From a virus (Duplodnaviria > Caudoviricetes): a DNA stretch of 64,000 nucleotides. A program made the position numbers and the translations under genes. The DNA lies in the IMG/VR virus record IMGVR_UViG_3300012956_000018, positions 13,091 to 77,090 of that record, one strand, 5' to 3'. Shown piece after piece: positions 36,911-46,880 of the stretch (the first letter of the stretch is position 1; each line of letters opens with the position of its first letter). Below the pieces are notes generated by a model. It ran no database searches, was not told where the DNA came from, and worked only from the letters and a program-made list of their open reading frames with translations.

Positions 36911-38855
36911 TAATAAATGTTCCTGTCAGTATTCCTGATTTTTTAATAATTGTAGATCCTATTTCCCTAGAATAAGATCTCTTTACTAGAAATAATTCAC
37001 TAAATGATGTATAGTATTCTTCTTGATCTGTTATAGTAATATTAATGTCTTTGCATATGCGATTTAGGGAAGAAACTAGAGCGGTTATGGAAGACTCCTC
37101 ACCTTCAATTTTGGCATCAATAGAGTAGGATCCGTCTTTATTAAGGACAATTGGACGAGTATTGTTATTGCCCACAAAACTCACTAACCTATTGCCTGCT
37201 GTACCTATTTCAAAATCAATCTTAGCTGGGAAATTCCATTCCTTCTGAGCCTGGTCCTCTGCTATTATAGGAATTTGATAACATACTGGGATAGCATGTT
37301 TAATATGCGTATCGATATCCCCAGCATCATGAGTAAAGCAATAAGGTTTAGCTATATAATTATTATCTTGAATGAATCTTGATATTCTGGCTATAGATAC
37401 GCCAGCTATTTGCGAGGCTCCATTTTGAACTGGGTAATTGCCACTTTGACGCTTGGCTTCTGCAATGGAGTACTCTTGAGACCTATCAAACGGAATAATG
37501 ATAGTATCGCCCCATAGAGTAGTGACTTCTCCTTTGGTAAGTACTTCTTCATGACGTGCTTTCCTCCATTCATCTATACGAGGAAACATTCCAAAGAATC
37601 TCTCGAAGAAATCTGTAGCTGCTGCTAAATTGCCATTCATAAATGAGTCAGCAAATGCCTGGTAACTCTGGCCGTAAATCGCTCCGAATGATGCTAATTT
37701 AGCAAATTTTCTCTCTTGATCAGTTACTTCATTTTCATTCTTGTTCCATATTTTAGATGCTACATACTTATGAATATCTTTACCATCTTTATACGCTTGT
37801 AATAATCCCTCATCCTGACACAATAATGCCAAAACTCTAATCTCTATTTGTGAATAGTCGAAATGGATTAATACACCATCTTCATAATATCTACTCTTTT
37901 GAATATTTCGTATTTCTGAATTGGCGGGGATTACATGAGCTGTTGATGTCCATCTTTTGGTTATTGCTGTATTAGCTCTGAATTCTGGACAGAATAAGTA
38001 ATCTTCACTAATATCTATATTTTCTTTATATGGAGATAGTCTTCTTACTAATCTGGAGTTTTGCATATCCAATCGTGAGACTACTTTAACCGACGACCTT
38101 CCAGGTGTCCCCCATATGTAGGTATTCTTGGCTTTTTGTATTTTCTTGAATAGTCTGTAATAAAGAATAGTTTCTGCTTCTTGAGTATAAGTTTTAGAAT
38201 TATCTATATCTACTCCCATGTAGGTTATAATAGATATAAATAGCTCATGAAGAATTTCGTGGCTAGTTCCTTCTAATACATAATTAGAATATTTTGAAAT
38301 TAAATTTAGTTCGCTGTTTGTAAATATATTATCTTTATATAAGCTAGGGATACTATCTCTAATGGTATCTAAAACTTCAAGTTTACTATTTCTTTTGATT
38401 ATTGGATTTGATTCTTCTGAAGATGTTTCTGCTATCAACTGAAGCATCATAGATAAATTAGGATAATCACTATTTTCTGAATTTGATAAGATTTCTGATT
38501 TTAGCTTATTTAACATTAAGCACATCTTGAGTCTTTTTGTTATTAAGATAGACTCGAATTTTGCTCTAGCATTCTTGTCTGATGCTTCAGGATTAAAAAT
38601 CGATTTTAGTACATTTATATCTGTAGTAGCTTGAATATTTATTATATCTTGAGTAGATATATTAAGAATATTGATTACATGAGGAAGAAGCAGTAATTTC
38701 TTTAATACTTCAATAGCTAGATCTGTATAAATAAAATCTAGTTTAGTAGCTTCTTCATCATCCCATCGTATACCATTTAATTGTAGTTCGTACGATAGAT
38801 AATTATGTTCGTTGAAGTATGAAGCAGTCTTAAGCAGATCTTTTTGTAAGCTCAT
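36903..38855 (-). CDS. polA: Family A DNA polymerase, polymerase portion
   Basis: Motif A DYSQIEIR, motif B RKFAKLASFGAIYG, NYPVQ, motif C THDA. Confidence 0.92.
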   Translation of the reverse strand: MSLQKDLLKTASYFNEHNYLSYELQLNGIRWDDEEATKLDFIYTDLAIEVLKKLLLLPHVINILNISTQDIINIQATTDINVLKSIFNPEASDKNARAKFESILITKRLKMCLMLNKLKSEILSNSENSDYPNLSMMLQLIAETSSEESNPIIKRNSKLEVLDTIRDSIPSLYKDNIFTNSELNLISKYSNYVLEGTSHEILHELFISIITYMGVDIDNSKTYTQEAETILYYRLFKKIQKAKNTYIWGTPGRSSVKVVSRLDMQNSRLVRRLSPYKENIDISEDYLFCPEFRANTAITKRWTSTAHVIPANSEIRNIQKSRYYEDGVLIHFDYSQIEIRVLALLCQDEGLLQAYKDGKDIHKYVASKIWNKNENEVTDQERKFAKLASFGAIYGQSYQAFADSFMNGNLAAATDFFERFFGMFPRIDEWRKARHEEVLTKGEVTTLWGDTIIIPFDRSQEYSIAEAKRQSGNYPVQNGASQIAGVSIARISRFIQDNNYIAKPYCFTHDAGDIDTHIKHAIPVCYQIPIIAEDQAQKEWNFPAKIDFEIGTAGNRLVSFVGNNNTRPIVLNKDGSYSIDAKIEGEESSITALVSSLNRICKDINITITDQEEYYTSFSELFLVKRSYSREIGSTIIKKSGILTGTFINE

Positions 38856-40302
38856 ATATTGTTAGTTCGTGCAGTCTTCTAGTATTCCAAGAATCTCGGC
38901 AGCAATATTCTCCTACTAACTCTGCCGGACTTTGAGTAAATTTAGCTTCAGTGCTTCCTATTTCATGAGATTCTTGTAGAATCTTGAGCAAGTTAATCCA
39001 TGTTCTATCTTCTGGTATATTATATAGATATGCAGTGTCTTTTATATACTTTAGAGAAGTAATCAAACTGGTATCTTTGTCGTTTATATGATTATATTTT
39101 CTTTTAATATTTTTTAATTCTTCTACTGATAATGACGTAACATTTATGCTCGAATCTTCTTCACATGCTAAAGATTCTTGATCTTCGTACTTTTTAATAA
39201 CATTATTAAATCCATCAGATTCGATAATTTGCATATAATAGTTCTGATATTTAACTCCCTTTCTCCATCTGGGTTTAGTTAAATTAATAACGTTGGTTAA
39301 ATTAATAAGCCACTCATTATGATAATCTGTCCATCTTCTTTCATTTAAATAGAGGGCAGATATCTCCTTAAGTCCGCCAGTCCAGTTTAATACTCTACAG
39401 TACTGCATAGTATCCTGTAATCTAAGCAATTCTATATTAAATATATTAAAAGAAGCTGGTACTTCGTAACATAAATTAAATACTGCTACTTTATTCTGAT
39501 TTCTACCAAGAAATTCTTTTATTTTTAATTTTATACTATCTTCTATAATACCATCATAGTTATCAAAATGTTTAAATGCCATATATGCAGCATAGCCACT
39601 CCTAGCAAATGATATGCCGGCAATATGAAAATCTTTGCTCAGAGTTTCTAGTGAAGATCCTTCTATATCATACCCGATTAATTCAGCATCTTCAAACTTA
39701 TTTAAGAATTCATCTATTTTATCTGGATAATAGATGTCGAATTTCATCTCTTCAGTATTCTGATCTTTTAGAATACTGGGGCTTGCTGCAATTATTGCTT
39801 CTTTTATCTGAGAGAGCCACTTGTTATATTGATGTCCACTAGATCCACCCTGCCTTAGTATATAAGAAGGATGCCAGCATACTCTGATAGGTATATCTTC
39901 AAATTTGAAAGTATGATTAGAAGCGAATGCTCCTACTGACCAATCAAATATATCAGTAAGAGCCGAAGCTGCTGTACCACCTAAACAGAGAATTGATTTA
40001 GGATTACATAATCTGATATCTTGTTTAACTATCTCTCTATATTCTAGTATTTCTTCTTGAGAAGGAGTTCTATTAGATTTATTATCGTCTTCAAGAGGTC
40101 TATATGGTACTGTATTAAATAGCCTAACTTTATCTAACGTCAATCCCAGTTCTTCTAAAGCTGATCTAAATAGTTGCCCTGATCTTCCTATCAAGGGTCT
40201 TAGCTGTGAGTCTTCTTCTTGACCAGGTGCTTCTGCTACAACATATATAAGAGGATTATCACTGCCTTCAGGAGGAACAAATCTATCACTAAGACTAGCC
40301 AT
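38830..40302 (-). CDS. Family-4 UDG-like domain fused to a 3'-5' exonuclease (N-terminal portion of an SPO1-type PolA)
   Basis: AEAPGQEED...PLIGRSG and WHPSYILR (UDG-4); YDIEG, FN..YE and YCCRDS (ExoI-III). Confidence 0.88.
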   Translation of the reverse strand: MASLSDRFVPPEGSDNPLIYVVAEAPGQEEDSQLRPLIGRSGQLFRSALEELGLTLDKVRLFNTVPYRPLEDDNKSNRTPSQEEILEYREIVKQDIRLCNPKSILCLGGTAASALTDIFDWSVGAFASNHTFKFEDIPIRVCWHPSYILRQGGSSGHQYNKWLSQIKEAIIAASPSILKDQNTEEMKFDIYYPDKIDEFLNKFEDAELIGYDIEGSSLETLSKDFHIAGISFARSGYAAYMAFKHFDNYDGIIEDSIKLKIKEFLGRNQNKVAVFNLCYEVPASFNIFNIELLRLQDTMQYCRVLNWTGGLKEISALYLNERRWTDYHNEWLINLTNVINLTKPRWRKGVKYQNYYMQIIESDGFNNVIKKYEDQESLACEEDSSINVTSLSVEELKNIKRKYNHINDKDTSLITSLKYIKDTAYLYNIPEDRTWINLLKILQESHEIGSTEAKFTQSPAELVGEYCCRDSWNTRRLHELTIYELTKRSA

Positions 40303-40735
40303 AAGACTTTTCTACTATTTTAAATGCTGATTTTAATTGCCATTCTAGAGATTCAAGATAATTTGCTAACTCATTTATTTGAGTATAGATATCTTGGGCA
40401 TTTACTGCCCTATTATCTCTATAAATCAATTCACTTCTCTCTCCTTGGGCTCTATATCCTTCATTCTTTAGCTCTTCAATTTCTTCAGCAATGATGGAAC
40501 ATCTAGTCATCCATCTTCTGTTAGCTTCTACTCTTAATTGAGATTTAAGGTGAGATAACTTCTTTTGATACTGAAGATTTTGTATTGCATATTGATGAGA
40601 TTGAGCTCTTAAATCAGCCATAGGGATGCCTCTTTCTATAATAGATTCAGCATCCTTAATAATAGAAGACTCAGTCTCCGATAACAACTCAGTATACAAA
40701 TCTCTTAAAGAAATACTACTTGATAGCTCCGACAT
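40295..40735 (-). CDS. Helical protein, possibly a UvsY-like recombination mediator
   Basis: 146 aa coiled-coil ending YLES..WQLKS; size and pattern resemble UvsY (inference). Confidence 0.4.
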   Translation of the reverse strand: MSELSSSISLRDLYTELLSETESSIIKDAESIIERGIPMADLRAQSHQYAIQNLQYQKKLSHLKSQLRVEANRRWMTRCSIIAEEIEELKNEGYRAQGERSELIYRDNRAVNAQDIYTQINELANYLESLEWQLKSAFKIVEKSYG

Positions 40736-42032
40736 TCAGTTCCTTAAAATAGTAATATTCGGTCTTTGAAAGTTTATCTTTAACAATATCTATCTTATCA
40801 CTTATTAATTTGATTGGAAATTCTTTAGAACTGAGAGACTTTATAGACTTATTTATACAGTAATCAAATTCATCTTGTGATAATAATAACTTATCTTTGA
40901 TAATAGATAATTCAGTATCACTTATTAGCAACTTAGCTAACTGAGGCCGTATTTCGTGGAATTTCAGTTCTAACTTTAGTTTCTTGAATTGCGATTCTAT
41001 GCTCCCAGAATACCCAGCCATTCCGGCAGAGATGGACGTTTCTAGCCACTCTCTCACTCCTATTGTTCTAGCTATTTTACCGTCAGATACAACACATAAG
41101 TGATGTATGTTTCTTGTTACTGAAGACTTTATTATTGATAATAATTCTTCGTCGCTAATCTTTCTAATTCTTTCGTATCTATGAATAATTATTCTTGTGT
41201 TAGTTTTGGATTCATCTCGTATAAATACTAATTTCTCTTCTAATTCTCTAGCTAGTGCTCTTTTAATTCTATTATAATTTATTCTATCAGGATTTCCTGT
41301 AATAACTATACCATATTTGCCTTCTACAGGATCCCATTCATTGTTGACATTGGCCCCTACTGTAACATTACAGTGACCCTTATCATTCAAATTTATTATA
41401 TCTTCTTCTGTATATGTTATCCATCCCCCGCCTGTAGCTGAAGGATACAATAGAGGTCTAGATCCCTTGCCAGTTAAGTACCATTCAATATACTGTACTA
41501 AAGACTTTGTAGTGATAGCTGGAATATTACATGTAATACCTATACCTATTCCAGAAGTACCAGATAGTAGTGCATATGGTATGCAGTATGGTAAATATTC
41601 AGGCTCTTGGTAACTTAGATCATTTTCAAATTTAGGAGCATAGTCTTTGTACTTTAAATACTCATTTCCTAATTCGCTAAGCTTTAAACTGGTGTATCTA
41701 GCAGCAGCGGCTCCTACACTAGTAAATCCCTTATGGTATCCCCAATTACCTTTGCCCAGTAAGAGAGAGTGATGTTTATTTACCAACGTTTCAATAGCCG
41801 CATTAGTAGATGCATCTCCATGAGGATGATACTTGGCCAAAGTATTGCCGGATACTGATGCAGTTTTTACCATATCACTAGCAGCACCACTGTCTTTAGC
41901 TGCTAATAATATCCTTCTTTGAACAATCTTTAATCCATCATTAATATGAGGTAGTGATCTTACTGAGTTAACATATTGACCGTAATTTAAATACGCATTC
42001 TGTACTAACTTTAAAGCTGATTCAGTTTTCAT
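40716..42032 (-). CDS. gyrA: Type IIA topoisomerase subunit A (GyrA/ParC/gp52-like), lacking the beta-pinwheel CTD
   Basis: RSLPHINDGLKIVQRRIL, KYHPHGDAS, AAARYT (catalytic Tyr). Confidence 0.92.
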   Translation of the reverse strand: MKTESALKLVQNAYLNYGQYVNSVRSLPHINDGLKIVQRRILLAAKDSGAASDMVKTASVSGNTLAKYHPHGDASTNAAIETLVNKHHSLLLGKGNWGYHKGFTSVGAAAARYTSLKLSELGNEYLKYKDYAPKFENDLSYQEPEYLPYCIPYALLSGTSGIGIGITCNIPAITTKSLVQYIEWYLTGKGSRPLLYPSATGGGWITYTEEDIINLNDKGHCNVTVGANVNNEWDPVEGKYGIVITGNPDRINYNRIKRALARELEEKLVFIRDESKTNTRIIIHRYERIRKISDEELLSIIKSSVTRNIHHLCVVSDGKIARTIGVREWLETSISAGMAGYSGSIESQFKKLKLELKFHEIRPQLAKLLISDTELSIIKDKLLLSQDEFDYCINKSIKSLSSKEFPIKLISDKIDIVKDKLSKTEYYYFKELNVGAIK

Positions 42033-42040
42033 AACTCATA

Positions 42041-42204
42041 TTATAGGAGGAATATCGTAATATAGATTATTGCTATTGTACAGATTAGTAATATTACTAC
42101 TTCTTTAGGATAATACTTAATTTCTTTCTCTTTTATCAAAATGATTATAGTCGTTACAGTATACAATAGTAAAAGGATACAATTATTGACTTAACTATTA
42201 ACAT
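42041..42204 (-). pseudogene. Frame-broken 54-aa two-TM membrane protein
   Basis: ATG at 42204 to TAA at 42041 spans 164 nt; one extra T in the T4 run (42171-42174) gives MLIVKSIIVSFLLLYTVTTIIILIKEKEIKYYPKEVVILLICTIAIIYITIFLL. Confidence 0.4.
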
Positions 42205-42242
42205 AAAAGGCTCTGTATAGAGTTTTATAGGCTTTGGAATAT

Positions 42243-42281
42243 TGGGCCTCGGGCCTTGCCCGGCCTTATGTTAAGAAGCGC
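42243..42281. repeat. 39-bp GC-rich direct repeat, copy 1
   Basis: TGGGCCTCGGGCCTTGCCCGGCCTTATGTTAAGAAGCGC, identical to 56655-56693. Confidence 0.95.
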
Positions 42282-42333
42282 CTAAGGAGCTTAGAACACG
42301 TCTATACGAACTAGCAAAAACTATCGGAACCCG

Positions 42334-42540
42334 CTAACCTAGAGCTGTATTTACATAATTCTTAATAATCTTCAGAGCTTCATATTTATCTGATAATGGT
42401 ATATTTAATTCAGTTAGTGCACTATCAGTTAATTGACCTATCATATTATAAGAATCTCCTTCAAATTCTTCTTCACACATAGATTCTAAGTCTAGATATT
42501 CTAACCATGTTTCGATATCTTTTTCAAGCTCTCTATTCAT
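42334..42540 (-). CDS. Hypothetical acidic protein
   Basis: 68-aa ORF. Confidence 0.6.
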   Translation of the reverse strand: MNRELEKDIETWLEYLDLESMCEEEFEGDSYNMIGQLTDSALTELNIPLSDKYEALKIIKNYVNTALG

Positions 42541-42551
42541 ATATTATAACC

Positions 42552-42773
42552 TTAATAAGCAATATTTTCTATAGGAACAGACATAGTATTATATTTATAT
42601 AGTTGTATTACATCTCCTCGTAATTTTAAATGCATATCAGCATTATTAATGCAATCTGTTCGAGATTCGAATTCTAATTCACTAATTTTTAAATTGTTAC
42701 TATTGAATACTTTCCATCTCCATAGATCAGATACAGAGTCTTTGAATACCACTATAACATTTCTATCTGCCAT
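42552..42773 (-). CDS. Hypothetical protein
   Basis: 73-aa ORF; WRWKV..N..I.E..FESR..CI.NA pattern. Confidence 0.6.
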   Translation of the reverse strand: MADRNVIVVFKDSVSDLWRWKVFNSNNLKISELEFESRTDCINNADMHLKLRGDVIQLYKYNTMSVPIENIAY

Positions 42774-42776
42774 ATA

Positions 42777-44585
42777 TCACCTAATTAGGCCAGCTTCTGT
42801 TAATATCCGTCTCTTACCTTCAGCTGTACCTATAATATTAAATACATCTTTTATAGTCTCTCTATTTACAGTTATTTGAATAAGTCTACGATGATCTTCA
42901 TTAAATGTTACCTTAGCTAGTTGATGAGGATCCATTGATCCTAATCCCTTATAATGTTCATAAGACCATCTGCTATCTAAGTCTTGCTTATTATAAACAG
43001 GTCTAAATACTCCTCGTTTATCTACTTGGCCGTAAATAGGCATTTCAGCAGCATATACGTAGCCAAGTTCTACTACCTCTGGTGATACGTAGCACAGACA
43101 CCCTATTAGCAAAGCTAGAATATTTTGACCATCATAATCGCTATCGGTAGCTAATATGATTTTCTCATACCTGCACTTTTCAGCATTTTGCTTGAAGAAT
43201 GCTCCTGCTCCTATAGCATTAATAAGTGATCGTATTTCAATATTCTTAATTATATATTCTATAGGCTGATCTACTACATTAAGTATTTTCCCTCTTAATG
43301 GTAGTATTGCGTGTTTGCTGATATCCCTTGTAGCTATAAGAGATCCGCCAGCACTGTCTCCTTCAATAACAAATAGTTCAGTACCTTCTCTACTCTTTGA
43401 ATTGCAATCAATAAGTTTAGTAGATCCGCTTGATCTTCGTTCCACTACACCATCATTTACTTGACCATGCTCAATAACAGTATCTAGTAATTTCTTTGAA
43501 GACAGTTCATTTAACGCTCTTCTATATTCTAAAAATCTTGAAATTAGTTTATCTTTATGAGGAGAAGTGCTCAGCCACTTAGTTATAGCTTTTCTGATAT
43601 TTTCTTTTAAATTAACTATAGAATCTTTTCTAATAGATAAGCATTCTTTAGTCTGTGAAGTATATGCTGGAGATTTGAGTTTACAATTAACAAATAATCT
43701 TAGTCCACAGTGCACATCAAATCTTTCAAGTATAGTGCCCTGTATAAATGGTGCCCATGCATCATATATAGCATATATGATTTCATTTATATGAGTACCC
43801 CTATCTACTTGTAGTAAGTTTACTGATCCTTTATATGAAGGTATTTCTGTTTCATCTGTATACCCAATAATTATATCAATCTCCTCCCCATCCACAGTTC
43901 CAGAACTTATATGCTGGAATGGAATAGAAGACCCGCCTCCAGTTAGATCTTCATCAGAATACCTAGATATTACTCTATCTTGATATTTGAATACAATATC
44001 AGGCAGTAGAGTAGCTGCTAGCTTTAATTTATCTACTATTACAGATTCTCTAATAACAGTAGATTCAAAGAATTTAGGATTAGGAGAGAATTCTACTAAT
44101 GACCCGCTATGAATTATAGGATCGTTGATATTTGGTATACAGTTATCTAGTGTACTCTGATAAGTACCATTCTCAAACAAATATGTTCTAAATTTACTAT
44201 TTCTAGCAGTAGAGATACATAGATATGAAGATAGAGCGTTAACTGCTACTAGTCCTACTCCATGTAATCCAGATGATGTAACATATCCATCACCGCCAAA
44301 TTTTCCACCACTATGTAATTTAGTAGCAGATGCTATTACCGCATCTTCTCCAGTATTAGATTTATAAGGGAATCCTCTACCATGATCAATTACTGAGAGT
44401 GATGATTTATTCTTATTTAATAATACAGACACTAATTTAGTATGGCCGCCTATCGCTTCATCAATAGCATTATCTATTACTTCTACAGCTAGATGAGTAG
44501 GATGTTCAGTAGATCCAATATACATTCCAGGACGAAGCTGGATAGCTTCTATGTTTTCTAATACTCTAATTGTATCGTATGTCAT
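42777..44585 (-). CDS. gyrB: Type IIA topoisomerase subunit B (GyrB/ParE-like)
   Basis: IQLRPGMYIG, EVIDNAIDE, DHGRG, LHSGGKF, SGLHGVG, IEGDSAGG, PLRGKILN, TDSDYDG and YKGLG. Confidence 0.95.
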   Translation of the reverse strand: MTYDTIRVLENIEAIQLRPGMYIGSTEHPTHLAVEVIDNAIDEAIGGHTKLVSVLLNKNKSSLSVIDHGRGFPYKSNTGEDAVIASATKLHSGGKFGGDGYVTSSGLHGVGLVAVNALSSYLCISTARNSKFRTYLFENGTYQSTLDNCIPNINDPIIHSGSLVEFSPNPKFFESTVIRESVIVDKLKLAATLLPDIVFKYQDRVISRYSDEDLTGGGSSIPFQHISSGTVDGEEIDIIIGYTDETEIPSYKGSVNLLQVDRGTHINEIIYAIYDAWAPFIQGTILERFDVHCGLRLFVNCKLKSPAYTSQTKECLSIRKDSIVNLKENIRKAITKWLSTSPHKDKLISRFLEYRRALNELSSKKLLDTVIEHGQVNDGVVERRSSGSTKLIDCNSKSREGTELFVIEGDSAGGSLIATRDISKHAILPLRGKILNVVDQPIEYIIKNIEIRSLINAIGAGAFFKQNAEKCRYEKIILATDSDYDGQNILALLIGCLCYVSPEVVELGYVYAAEMPIYGQVDKRGVFRPVYNKQDLDSRWSYEHYKGLGSMDPHQLAKVTFNEDHRRLIQITVNRETIKDVFNIIGTAEGKRRILTEAGLIR

Positions 44586-44865
44586 TATTTAAGACTTTTT
44601 CATTAGAACATCTATTCCAATAGTGAGCTATTAACTCAATATCCCAATCTACTACTCTATAATACCCAAATTCAAGTGCTATTATTAATCTATAATATTT
44701 AATATTAAGTATAGGATTATCATAAGATAAAATAAAGCACTCATCCAAACTCCTCTTAGAAATATAGGGGTCTTGAGTACTTATAAATGGTAATTTATCA
44801 ACTTCGAATAAAGAATGATTCCATTCTTCTGGATATTCGTTATCTACTTCTAGTAGTAAGATCAT
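44566..44865 (-). CDS. Hypothetical protein
   Basis: 99-aa ORF in the operon. Confidence 0.55.
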   Translation of the reverse strand: MILLLEVDNEYPEEWNHSLFEVDKLPFISTQDPYISKRSLDECFILSYDNPILNIKYYRLIIALEFGYYRVVDWDIELIAHYWNRCSNEKVLNNDIRYN

Positions 44866-45288
44866 CTATGGGCATGGCTTGGAGTTGTTGAATGGTCTGA
44901 CTCCTATTTGATGATTATGTAAAACAGCAGATCCAGTACCAACGAAACTAAATAAATTCCATACTATATTTACTGCTTCCCATGCATTACTAGGATCGCC
45001 ATTTTCATCAAATGTCATTCTTGATCTAATCATTTCTGATATTTTGGCATGGCCCCATCCATATAAAACGCCAACAGCAAGTACTTCACTCTCACTTGGG
45101 TGTTTACCTATGAGTGCCTTAGTCATCCAATTGCTTTCTTCATAACACTCAGGAAATTTGGCTACCTGCAGTGTTTGTACTATATCGATAGCATTCATAG
45201 TTTGCCATGCTACTTCAGTGCCTGTCATTTCTCTAACATTTACACAGCCCGACAGTAATATTGATAATAATATAATTGAATATTTCAT
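44866..45288 (-). CDS. Putative lipoprotein
   Basis: MKYSIILLSILLSGC lipobox; QTLQ...YEESN..L.GKHPS pattern. Confidence 0.65.
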   Translation of the reverse strand: MKYSIILLSILLSGCVNVREMTGTEVAWQTMNAIDIVQTLQVAKFPECYEESNWMTKALIGKHPSESEVLAVGVLYGWGHAKISEMIRSRMTFDENGDPSNAWEAVNIVWNLFSFVGTGSAVLHNHQIGVRPFNNSKPCP

Positions 45289-45289
45289 A

Positions 45290-45502
45290 TTAATCAGCTA
45301 ACTTTCTATTTGGGAAATTTCTCATTTTTAATGCACACATAAATGCTTCAGTTAATTTTTCTATTGGGGCAGTCTCTATATTTTCCATAATCCAAAACAT
45401 TATAGTCTTAGGTGAACTTTTATCTTGAGATATAAGAGTAAATCTCTCCAATCCCTTACTATCTGCAGTGATTCTACATGAATCAGTAGCTTCTGTTGAC
45501 AT
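45290..45502 (-). CDS. Hypothetical protein
   Basis: 70-aa ORF. Confidence 0.6.
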   Translation of the reverse strand: MSTEATDSCRITADSKGLERFTLISQDKSSPKTIMFWIMENIETAPIEKLTEAFMCALKMRNFPNRKLAD

Positions 45503-45503
45503 A

Positions 45504-45686
45504 TTACTTCCTAAATATATTTAATACTTTATCTATGAATGATACATCTTTCTCTTTTATCTTAACTGATTCATCATTCACTGTAACTATCTTATCTTTG
45601 TCAACATGATGTTCTTTATGATTATTTCGTCTATTTCTAGGGTCGGTGATTCGTCTATATGGTGATCTTACTCTGCTGCGATTCAT
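45504..45686 (-). CDS. Hypothetical basic protein
   Basis: 60-aa Arg-rich ORF. Confidence 0.5.
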   Translation of the reverse strand: MNRSRVRSPYRRITDPRNRRNNHKEHHVDKDKIVTVNDESVKIKEKDVSFIDKVLNIFRK

Positions 45687-45700
45687 ACTTTTGCTCCTAA

Positions 45701-46687
45701 TTATTCAGTACTATTTAGCAGATCTTTTCTAAATTTGCTATTAATATTAGACTCTACTATATTACTGATAAATGTTCTGGCCTTATTTAATTCTAGATCA
45801 TATAATACTTGATGAAGAGCATCTTCAGATAGTTGATCAGGATCTAATATTGATGCTAGCCCTACATTTCTTTTTATGGTATTGCTATATTCAGTAGGCA
45901 ACATACGAAGATCTACTAAGTCAATATTGTTCATGATTTGTTCCCTGTTGTTATAAGAATTTTGCCATGCTAATAAATGACTTTTCTCTACTTCTGACCA
46001 TCCACTATTATCAAATACAGATTTAGCTATTTTAGGAGCGGTACCCCATCCACACTTAGGAGTACCTGGTATATTATCCGATCCGTCTCCTACTATAGCT
46101 TTACTAAGTATAAATTGATCTCTCCAAATATTCTTATCTAATTTATAATTTTCAATAATGTCATCTTCTGTATAATACTTATCTTGAATAGGATTATATA
46201 TGTCAACATCAGAAGAAGCTAGTTGATGAAAATCTCCATCAGTACTTACTATGATCTTTTTTGATGAAGTTTTTACATTCATGCATATCCACGCTATTAT
46301 ATCGTCAGCCTCTACTCCATATATTTGTATTGATATAGCATGAGATAGAGGTAATACCTTATTATGTAACATTCTCCTACTATAATAGAATGTTTGTTCT
46401 TCAGTATCTAGAGTAGACTCATCTACTTCATTTATATAATCTGGGTCTTTATGAGAATGAGATCTGGCCTTATAGTCCGGGTAAAGCTGCAGTCTATATG
46501 TACTACAGCCCAAGTCCCAGCATAATATCATTCCATGGGTATTTTTCCATTTTTTAGCTAAAGAATTCATAGATTGTAAAAATCCATGAATTAACCCTAC
46601 TCTAATACCTTTAGAATTAACTAAATTATATATAGAGCTAACACTCAGTTGCCTATACAGCAAATTAGATGCATCAATAAGTAACAT
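45701..46687 (-). CDS. 5'-3' exonuclease / flap endonuclease (T4 RNase H-like)
   Basis: LLIDASNL, FP/YPDYKA.R, EADDIIA, STDGDFHQL and GDGSDNIPG. Confidence 0.92.
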   Translation of the reverse strand: MLLIDASNLLYRQLSVSSIYNLVNSKGIRVGLIHGFLQSMNSLAKKWKNTHGMILCWDLGCSTYRLQLYPDYKARSHSHKDPDYINEVDESTLDTEEQTFYYSRRMLHNKVLPLSHAISIQIYGVEADDIIAWICMNVKTSSKKIIVSTDGDFHQLASSDVDIYNPIQDKYYTEDDIIENYKLDKNIWRDQFILSKAIVGDGSDNIPGTPKCGWGTAPKIAKSVFDNSGWSEVEKSHLLAWQNSYNNREQIMNNIDLVDLRMLPTEYSNTIKRNVGLASILDPDQLSEDALHQVLYDLELNKARTFISNIVESNINSKFRKDLLNSTE

Positions 46688-46880
46688 ATTTCTTCTTCAA
46701 CCAGAAATATATATCGCCGAGAATCAATACTGGCCAGGCGAATACTGATAACAAGACTATACAAATTGTTACTATAATCTTAATAAACTTATCAGTTTTA
46801 ATTCCTGGAGATTTGAATATCCAAGATAAAGTATAAATGATTCCTAACAGTATATAGCAGTATATTAAAGTATTATTCAC
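46674..46880 (-). CDS. Small two-TM membrane protein
   Basis: Two hydrophobic segments ending AWPVLILGD. Confidence 0.6.
   Translation of the reverse strand: MNNTLIYCYILLGIIYTLSWIFKSPGIKTDKFIKIIVTICIVLLSVFAWPVLILGDIYFWLKKKYVTY

Noticed and set aside
42243-42281. N4-type virion RNAP hairpin promoter
   Set aside because: The loop is AAG/CTT rather than the C-GNA-G type as I recall it, and no virion RNAP gene is in the window.
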